Below are positions 16,491 through 21,799 of a stretch of 21,799 nucleotides of DNA, one piece after another. The translations under genes and the position numbers were made by a program. Location of the stretch: positions 62,001 through 83,799 of the IMG/VR virus record IMGVR_UViG_3300011154_000001; one strand, written 5' to 3'. The DNA comes from an uncultured virus (IMG/VR IMGVR_UViG_3300011154_000001). Taxonomy: Duplodnaviria; Heunggongvirae; Uroviricota; Caudoviricetes. Each line of letters begins with the position of its first letter. Position 1 is the stretch's first letter. The notes beneath the pieces were generated by a model that saw nothing but the letters and a program-made list of their open reading frames with translations, ran no database searches and was not told where the DNA came from.

Positions 16491-16967
16491 ATGAATACAA
16501 ACGAGTTTTACAAACTCCCAAAAGACTTAGCCAAGGCTGATGGGTTTATTGACAAGAAAACAGGCGAACCAATCAAGATCACAGCAAGCGGTAAGATTGT
16601 CTACGCCTACATGCTAACCAAGAATGAATTTTTTACAGAGAAGCTTCAAGGGCAGCACTATGAATCACAAGCAACGATTGCAAAAGCGTGTAGTTTGGAG
16701 TATAAAGCAGCAGGAACAATTCTGAGGTCTTTTCTAGACCATGGAGTAATTGAGGGGAAGAAATTCAAACCAGAGAATGGCGGTCAGGTTAGGTGGCATT
16801 ATTACAAGGTTTTTACCGATCTTGTGCTTTGGGAGGGTGATACCAAGGACTTCAAGCTAATTGAACAAAAGGTAGTGAAAATCCCCGAGAAAACACCAGA
16901 TAAGCCTCAAGTAAAACCACAACCATATGCCCAACCGGATTGGGATGAATCTGATTTACCATTTTAG
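16491..16967 (+). CDS. winged-HTH protein, replication-initiator-like
   Basis: FYKLPKDL, KIVYAYM, SQATIAKACSL..KAAG.IL..FLD.GVI resemble RepA_N/phage Rep N-termini; acidic tail ending DLPF. Confidence 0.6.
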   Translation: MNTNEFYKLPKDLAKADGFIDKKTGEPIKITASGKIVYAYMLTKNEFFTEKLQGQHYESQATIAKACSLEYKAAGTILRSFLDHGVIEGKKFKPENGGQVRWHYYKVFTDLVLWEGDTKDFKLIEQKVVKIPEKTPDKPQVKPQPYAQPDWDESDLPF

Positions 16968-16976
16968 GAGATATTT

Positions 16977-17342
16977 ATGACTATAGAAGTTATTGACGTA
17001 GACTATGAGCACTACATTATTCGTACAGCGCAGCGTATCATTGATCTTGGGCTAGATGGGGTAAAGCTCCACATTGAGCAAGCCCACGGCAAAGCATTGG
17101 AAACAGGTTTCAACTTTAATGCTTATATGCAAATTTCGCTGTCTGACTATGCAAGTGCTGAATTGCTTGTAAACAAAGGATTAGGAGATTCTGTATTAAA
17201 GAGAATGGGAATGTGGCGAATTGGGGAATTTACTTATTACACCGGATCTAACAAATGGAACACTAAAAATTCTAAAACTTATTATGCCAAATCGTTAGAA
17301 CATTTTGTAGATAAATACATACTCAAGGTAGATAAGAAATGA
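16977..17342 (+). CDS. hypothetical phage protein
   Basis: 121-aa ORF, AGGAG RBS. Confidence 0.75.
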   Translation: MTIEVIDVDYEHYIIRTAQRIIDLGLDGVKLHIEQAHGKALETGFNFNAYMQISLSDYASAELLVNKGLGDSVLKRMGMWRIGEFTYYTGSNKWNTKNSKTYYAKSLEHFVDKYILKVDKK

Positions 17343-17515
17343 AAGAACTTGAAGAGTACTGTAATAACATTGGATTTCAAAGGTACTACGCAGCCTGTGA
17401 ATTAAAACCTGGAGACAATTTTGTGTGGGATGACTACAAACAAATTTGGGTAGAGACTGATGAGAGTTTTGTAAAAAGAGTTACAAATACTTTAGAAAAG
17501 CTTGACAAAAGTTAA
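17339..17515 (+). CDS. 58-aa hypothetical protein
   Basis: ATGA overlap; MKELEEYCNNIGFQRYY... Confidence 0.6.
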   Translation: MKELEEYCNNIGFQRYYAACELKPGDNFVWDDYKQIWVETDESFVKRVTNTLEKLDKS

Positions 17516-17531
17516 ATAGAACTGATATAGT
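17502..17531 (+). promoter_or_regulatory. sigma70 promoter
   Basis: TTGACA-18-TATAGT with extended TG. Confidence 0.6.
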
Positions 17532-17565
17532 CTCTTAATCGATCACAACAAAAAGATTAGAGACT

Positions 17566-17730
17566 ATGGACTACTGCGAATATTGCGATGAAGTGGTCTG
17601 TCTTTGTGTTAAAGAATTTCAATTAGAAGAACAAGAAGAAACAGCTAAGTTTCGATTTGAGTACGCTTTTGAATCGTTAACAGAGAAAGGACAGACCCAA
17701 TTTCATACTATTTTACCAAATTATGAATAA
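17566..17730 (+). CDS. 54-aa Cys-rich acidic protein
   Basis: MDYCEYCDEVVCLC...; directly downstream of promoter. Confidence 0.5.
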   Translation: MDYCEYCDEVVCLCVKEFQLEEQEETAKFRFEYAFESLTEKGQTQFHTILPNYE

Positions 17731-17755
17731 TTTTTGAATTATTTTCATTTAACTA

Positions 17756-17784
17756 TTGACTTTTAAGAAAAAGTCTGATATTCT
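17756..17784 (+). promoter_or_regulatory. sigma70 promoter of tRNA/ncRNA cluster
   Basis: TTGACT-17-TATTCT with extended TG and AT-rich upstream region. Confidence 0.7.
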
Positions 17785-17888
17785 GTTTTATGAATAGGAG
17801 AAATAACAAGTCCTGACAAGCTGTGTGTACGTCCTACAACTGAAACGTTACTACAGCATAGCCTCTCAGACGAGAGGGATTATTTTAA

Positions 17889-17965
17889 GGGTCTATAGCA
17901 TAATTGGTTAATGCAGAGAACTCATAATTCTTTGATTTCCAGTTCAAGTCTGGATGGACCCACCA
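17889..17965 (+). tRNA. tRNA-CAT (elongator Met or Ile2)
   Basis: Acceptor GGGTCTA/TGGACCC, loop CTCATAA, TTCAAGT, encoded CCA; lacks initiator features. Confidence 0.92.
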
Positions 17966-17976
17966 AGTTTTGCAAA

Positions 17977-18059
17977 TGGTCAGTAGCCGAGTTGGTAGCA
18001 GGCGACGTACTGTTAATGCGTAGGGAAACCCACCGTAGGTTCGAGTCCTACCTGACCAG
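17977..18059 (+). tRNA. tRNA-Asn(GTT) with long variable arm
   Basis: TGGTCAG/CTGACCA, loop CTGTTAA, variable arm GGG-AAA-CCC, G73, followed by CAA rather than CCA. Confidence 0.88.
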
Positions 18060-18070
18060 CAAATTTCAAA

Positions 18071-18145
18071 GGCCGTATGATGTAAGGAACAGCATATTTC
18101 TCTTCTAAAGAAATCGACTTGGTTTGAATCCAAGTACGGCTGCCA
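18071..18145 (+). tRNA. tRNA-Arg(TCT)
   Basis: GGCCGTA/TACGGCT, TTTCT-CTTCTAA-AGAAA, T-loop TTTGAAT, CCA. Confidence 0.88.
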
Positions 18146-18148
18146 AAT

Positions 18149-18224
18149 GTTTGGGTGTTCTAATAGGCAAGATGCAGGTCTCCAAAACCTTGGGATTATG
18201 GTTCGAGTCCATACCCATTCGCCA
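18149..18224 (+). tRNA. tRNA-Trp(CCA), possibly degenerate
   Basis: Loop CTCCAAA, TATGG-TTCGAGT-CCATA, G73-CCA; two U-U mismatches in acceptor stem. Confidence 0.75.
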
Positions 18225-18384
18225 AAACCACATCAGCGAAATAAAGCAAGTAACGATGTGTATGCTTCACGTTTTGTTCTCCTCTCGACGTGAAGCTATC
18301 TCTCTGTATTACATTCTCTCCTCATGTGATATAGAGCTATATGCAGCTAATGGTCTTTCTCCTTGCCGTTGGCTGCATTATTTT
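18225..18384 (+). ncRNA. small RNA with three anti-SD (UCUCCU) stem-loops
   Basis: Hairpins 18264-18296, 18302-18336 and 18341-18378 (10-14 bp, G-U pairs on + strand); every loop contains TCTCCT; ends in a U-rich run. Confidence 0.75.
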
Positions 18385-18510
18385 CTAAAGGGTTTTTAAA
18401 TGCTAGTGTGCTGAACTAGCTGGGGCACCAATCGTTCGCTTAGTCGATCGTGTCAAAGGATCAGCGTTTGACTAGAACTCTTCAGAAAATAATTAGAAAA
18501 GGTATTTATT

Positions 18511-18903
18511 ATGCCAGCACCAATCGGGAACAAACAGGGACTATCATCTAATCCCCAGAATCGTAATACGAAGGGAATTACTGGACCTCGTGGTAGACGT
18601 AGCGAACTTCGTAAACTCCTGAAGAAGCTTTCACAGCTTGAAGATGCTTCCCTTGAGAACATTGAAAAGTCTATCAAAGGTGAAGATGTTCCTAAAGACC
18701 AGCTTTCCAGCTCTAAGTGGGTTATTGAAAGGATTGTTTCAACGACTACAGCAGCAGTTGGTGAAGAACAACGTAAGAACGCGATTAAGAAGTCTCTGGA
18801 AGAGAATTCAGAAGATACACCTGAAGAAGATAATTCGGAAGGTGTAACTGAGAAACCTGTTCGCTTTTCTCTTCATATGTTGCCCTCAAAGAAAGAAGAT
18901 TAA
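18511..18903 (+). CDS. probable terminase small subunit
   Basis: MPAPIGNK N-terminus and SSNPQNRN..G..GPRG motif, helical core, position next to tRNA cluster. Confidence 0.5.
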   Translation: MPAPIGNKQGLSSNPQNRNTKGITGPRGRRSELRKLLKKLSQLEDASLENIEKSIKGEDVPKDQLSSSKWVIERIVSTTTAAVGEEQRKNAIKKSLEENSEDTPEEDNSEGVTEKPVRFSLHMLPSKKED

Positions 18904-18904
18904 C

Positions 18905-18972
18905 GCATCCATAGCACAACAGGCAGTGCAGTAAATTGCAGGTTTTCGGATCGTACCCGAATGGATGCTCCA
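18905..18972 (+). pseudogene. tRNA-Cys-derived gene lacking the 3' half of the anticodon arm
   Basis: Perfect acceptor GCATCCA/TGGATGC, U73, CCA, D-stem GCAC/GTGC, T-stem TTCGG/CCGAA; only 14 nt (GTAAATTGCAGGTT) between position 26 and the T-stem. Confidence 0.75.
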
Positions 18973-18973
18973 A

Positions 18974-19191
18974 ACTAGATCGCAAGGTCTGGTATCTACT
19001 TGCCTAGTAGAAGCCCGTGGTTCTGGCGGACCACACAATAAATGGCAGATCGGAATTAGACGGTCAGGTGGAGAGATTCCTCAGCCTATGTGAGGAAAGA
19101 GTTACGGGTCAGGTCAGAGTGGACGCCGTGACAACTATTCTTAAATTGTTGTACAGAGCACTTTGATAAAGAGTGTTCGATAAAGCAATTT
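18974..19191 (+). ncRNA. candidate multi-hairpin structured RNA
   Basis: Seven hairpins, G-U pairs on + strand, GCAA tetraloop, GC-richer than flanks, no credible ORF. Confidence 0.55.
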
Positions 19192-19221
19192 ATACCTTAT
19201 TTAATTACTTCGGAATTTAAA

Positions 19222-19605
19222 ATGTCAAACAAATATTTGGTCCTCGTAACTGGCACTAAAGACAGTCTCGGTTTTGATTTTATGAAGAACGTTGTAGCAC
19301 TCGCTAATAAAGGTGCTGTTCTTCAAGAAGGTAAAGTTCCTTTCATGCGTTTTCCTCATCAAGCATTCATGTATTTTGAGACTAATGAGCTTATGGAAAA
19401 TACCCCAGGCTTCCAGTTCCAACGTATCCTTGAAGTGTACACTAAAGATCAACTAGACGCGATGAGTTGGGACGATTTCAAACATGTGCTAAAGCGCGAT
19501 GTTAACGTAACAGGCAGGAATCGCGATCTTATGACCCGCCAATATCTAAAAGCTGTTGGACAAGAATCCTCCGAAGATTCTGACGAGGATAATAAAGAAA
19601 AATAA
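19222..19605 (+). CDS. hypothetical protein
   Basis: 127-aa ORF with acidic tail. Confidence 0.75.
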   Translation: MSNKYLVLVTGTKDSLGFDFMKNVVALANKGAVLQEGKVPFMRFPHQAFMYFETNELMENTPGFQFQRILEVYTKDQLDAMSWDDFKHVLKRDVNVTGRNRDLMTRQYLKAVGQESSEDSDEDNKEK

Positions 19606-19620
19606 GAATAAGAGGATGTA

Positions 19621-19887
19621 ATGGCTGATACAATTGAAGTAGTAAGATTAACGGGCGATGATTGGCATGATGTCAGTGTACTAACCAGCATAACTGTAGG
19701 CACTGCAATATACATTCAAAGTCAAAGCTCTACTCCTATTCAGATGGCTGTCTCAGCCACAAAACCATCTAAAACATTTAAAGGTATGATTCTTCCTAAT
19801 GACGCACGTTATCCGGCAACTGTAACTGCTGGAGAGAATAATGTTTGGTTGTATGGTATTGGTCCTGTAAGTATTCAGGAGGCTTAA
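19621..19887 (+). CDS. small beta-rich protein, possibly virion-associated
   Basis: 88-aa ORF, GAGGA RBS, directly upstream of fibre-like gene. Confidence 0.7.
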   Translation: MADTIEVVRLTGDDWHDVSVLTSITVGTAIYIQSQSSTPIQMAVSATKPSKTFKGMILPNDARYPATVTAGENNVWLYGIGPVSIQEA

Positions 19888-19890
19888 ACA

Positions 19891-21423
19891 GTGCCTATTA
19901 TTATTGGAAGACCTAATGGAACATCGGGCGGAAGTGATGGAACTCCTAGTCCAGAACAAGAAGCTCGTTTATCCAGTATTGAATCTGTCAACACACAACA
20001 AGACACTAAGCTAGATAGTATCCAAGCTAAAGATACAGAGCAAGATAGTCAACTAACTTCTTTGAATTCTAAAGTTGATGCTGCTGTAGCAACTACAATA
20101 TCTCAAGCTGAAAGAATCTCAACTCTTGAAGATAACTATGTAGATTACGCTCCTACAATCCAAGATATCCAAACTAAGAACACAGAGCAAGATGGTGCTA
20201 TCACCTTAGTCAACGGTAAGAATGATGCACAGGATCTTAGGCTTGATGATGCTGAATCTTCCTTAACTTCTCAAGCTTCCAGGTTGACTGCTGCTGAATC
20301 AACCCTCGCAACTAAGGCTGATCTTGTAAGCGGGAAGATTCCTCTATCTCAACTTCCAGATCTTCCTGTTGGTCGTAAAGTCTCTGTAGCTGACAAAGCT
20401 GAAAGACTTGGCTTGGCTGTTCATCCAGATCTTACAATTGCTTATGAATCTGATACAGCAGATGCTTGGGCTTTGGATGCTGGTGAAGATCCGTCTGTTG
20501 AAGCAAACTGGGACAAGCTTGGGAATGCTCAAGCAACAGGCGTACAAAGTTTCAATGGTAGGACAGGGAACGTAGCTCCAACTACAGGTGACTATACAAC
20601 AGCACAGATCACTACATCAAGTGATAGAGCATTCATCTCTGATGCTGATAGGGTAAGATGGGATAACAAATCTACTCCAGCGTCCGTAGAAGCTGCTGTA
20701 AGTGGTTTGAGAACTGAAGTAGACGCCGGTTATATTAAGCTCAATACTCGTGGAGCTGTTAACGGTGTAGCAACTCTTGGTTCAGATGGTAAAGTGCCTA
20801 CAGCACAACTTCCACCACTTGGACTAACTACTTTACAATCTCAGCGGATTGATCAGATTGAAAGCTTAGCTAGACTAGCAGATGCTAAGGGTGATTCAGC
20901 AGCAACGAATATTCTAGCTGTCGATAACAGGCTTACTCAAGTTGATAATGATAGTAAGAGTCGTGATACCACACAGAACAATAGGCTTACAGCCCTAGAG
21001 ACAGCAAGTGCAAATCATATTCCCACTTCACAGAGGGGAGCTGTTAATGGTGTAGCTCCTTTAAATGCCAGTAGTCAAGTGCCTCTTGTAAACCTTCCAA
21101 CGTTTATGCCGTCCAGAGCAAGAGCTTGGAGAAACGTGAAGGGTAGTAGAGTTGTTGGAACTTATTATACGGTTAATGGTGGCAATGACTTAACTGTCTT
21201 TGTAAGAGCATCAACATCTACTGATGTACAGCGATATCTTCAGATTCTTGTAAGAGAGAATGCATCATCACCTACGTTTGATTTTAGATGTGATGTCTTT
21301 GGTGCGGCAGGTAATAGATGGGTCCAATTAACAGTGATTGTTCCATCTGGTTGGCAATACAGTTTAACAAGTACAGGCGGTAGCACAACAGCTAATACTG
21401 AGTTTTGGTACGAGTTTAGTTAA
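19891..21423 (+). CDS. tail-fibre/virion fibre-like protein
   Basis: Coiled-coil heptads, VQSFNGRTGNV motif, repeated NGVAxL...VP..QLP motifs, beta-rich C-terminal domain; GTG start with AGGAGG RBS. Confidence 0.7.
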   Translation: MPIIIGRPNGTSGGSDGTPSPEQEARLSSIESVNTQQDTKLDSIQAKDTEQDSQLTSLNSKVDAAVATTISQAERISTLEDNYVDYAPTIQDIQTKNTEQDGAITLVNGKNDAQDLRLDDAESSLTSQASRLTAAESTLATKADLVSGKIPLSQLPDLPVGRKVSVADKAERLGLAVHPDLTIAYESDTADAWALDAGEDPSVEANWDKLGNAQATGVQSFNGRTGNVAPTTGDYTTAQITTSSDRAFISDADRVRWDNKSTPASVEAAVSGLRTEVDAGYIKLNTRGAVNGVATLGSDGKVPTAQLPPLGLTTLQSQRIDQIESLARLADAKGDSAATNILAVDNRLTQVDNDSKSRDTTQNNRLTALETASANHIPTSQRGAVNGVAPLNASSQVPLVNLPTFMPSRARAWRNVKGSRVVGTYYTVNGGNDLTVFVRASTSTDVQRYLQILVRENASSPTFDFRCDVFGAAGNRWVQLTVIVPSGWQYSLTSTGGSTTANTEFWYEFS

Positions 21424-21473
21424 GTAGTTTTACATATAGCCTTCTTAGTTGAGGGCTATACAATAAAATTATT
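21423..21473 (+). other. long hairpin with internal loop (terminator or RNase III-like site)
   Basis: AGTAGTTTTA-CA-TATAGCCTTC-TTAGTT-GAGGGCTATA-CAA-TAAAATTATT. Confidence 0.55.
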
Positions 21474-21494
21474 CTAAAATAATTAGAAATAAGC

Positions 21495-21524
21495 TTGCAA
21501 TTATTATAAGAAGTTTGATATACT
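21495..21524 (+). promoter_or_regulatory. sigma70 promoter
   Basis: TTGCAA-18-TATACT with extended TG. Confidence 0.65.
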
Positions 21525-21561
21525 TCTTTCTTACGTAGAGAGTATTTCTCTGAAAAGTTTT

Positions 21562-21640
21562 AGGCTCGCTGTGAAGCGCCCTGTTTATTTAGGACTCGTT
21601 GAGAAACGCTCCATTTCATGCCTTGTCGGGATGACACGCA
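21562..21640 (+). promoter_or_regulatory. triple GNRA-hairpin leader element
   Basis: Three hairpins: 3-bp stem, CU/C internal loop, 4-bp stem, GUGA/GAGA/GGGAU loop. Confidence 0.6.
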
Positions 21641-21666
21641 CTTTTTAATTTAATTAGAGAGTAAGC

Positions 21667-21799
21667 ATGAGAAAATATAAACTGAAAGACCTAGTTGGAA
21701 CTAAGATTAAATTCATTACCGTAGTTTCTAGGTTTGAAGAAAAAGAAGACGATACAGCAGATACAGCCCTTTGGAAAGTAACTTGCGAATGTGGCGGGG
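21667..21799 (+). CDS. HNH-type homing endonuclease N-terminus (truncated by window edge)
   Basis: MRKYKLKDLVGTKIKFITVVSR...WKVTCECG; same pattern as the 10072-10707 N-terminus. Confidence 0.65.
   Translation, partial: MRKYKLKDLVGTKIKFITVVSRFEEKEDDTADTALWKVTCECGG

Noticed and set aside
18264..18378. CRISPR array, or minus-strand RsmY/Z-like GGA sponge
   Set aside because: No identical direct repeats with spacers. G-U pairs would become A-C mismatches on the minus strand, and the tRNA promoter drives the + strand.
17885..18399. ORFs 17885-18133(-), 17911-18108(+) and 18124-18399(+)
   Set aside because: They overlap tRNA genes and the structured RNA and lack credible RBSs
19016..19070. Resemblance to pistol ribozyme or preQ1-I riboswitch
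   Set aside because: Only a GTGG/CCAC stem plus an A-rich linker matches; conserved catalytic or ligand-binding nucleotides are not evident
18453..20547. Minus-strand and alternate-frame ORFs over the rightward genes
   Set aside because: Shadows of better-supported plus-strand CDSs

Overview
AT-rich segment of a lytic tailed-phage genome. Gene content (SLOG/DprA-like, dCMP deaminase, ClpP-like, PhoH, HNH-AP2, tRNA cluster, probable terminase small subunit) resembles PAK_P1/Otagovirus-type Pseudomonas myoviruses; this is an inference, not a search result. 1-15830 is a dense minus-strand array of mostly small hypothetical genes with AGGAGA-type RBSs and internal sigma70 promoters. Transcription switches strand at about 15.9 kb. 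A candidate origin follows (five copies of a 21-bp quasi-palindrome plus an A-rich tract), then an unannotated 41-aa ribbon-helix-helix-like gene and a Rep-like wHTH gene. 17.9-19.2 kb is an RNA-rich island: four tRNAs, a small RNA with three tandem hairpins that each display an anti-Shine-Dalgarno UCUCCU loop (top finding), a tRNA-Cys-like gene missing half its anticodon arm, and a roughly 220-nt multi-hairpin RNA. The window ends with a tail-fibre-like gene, a triple GNRA-hairpin leader and the start of a second HNH-type gene.
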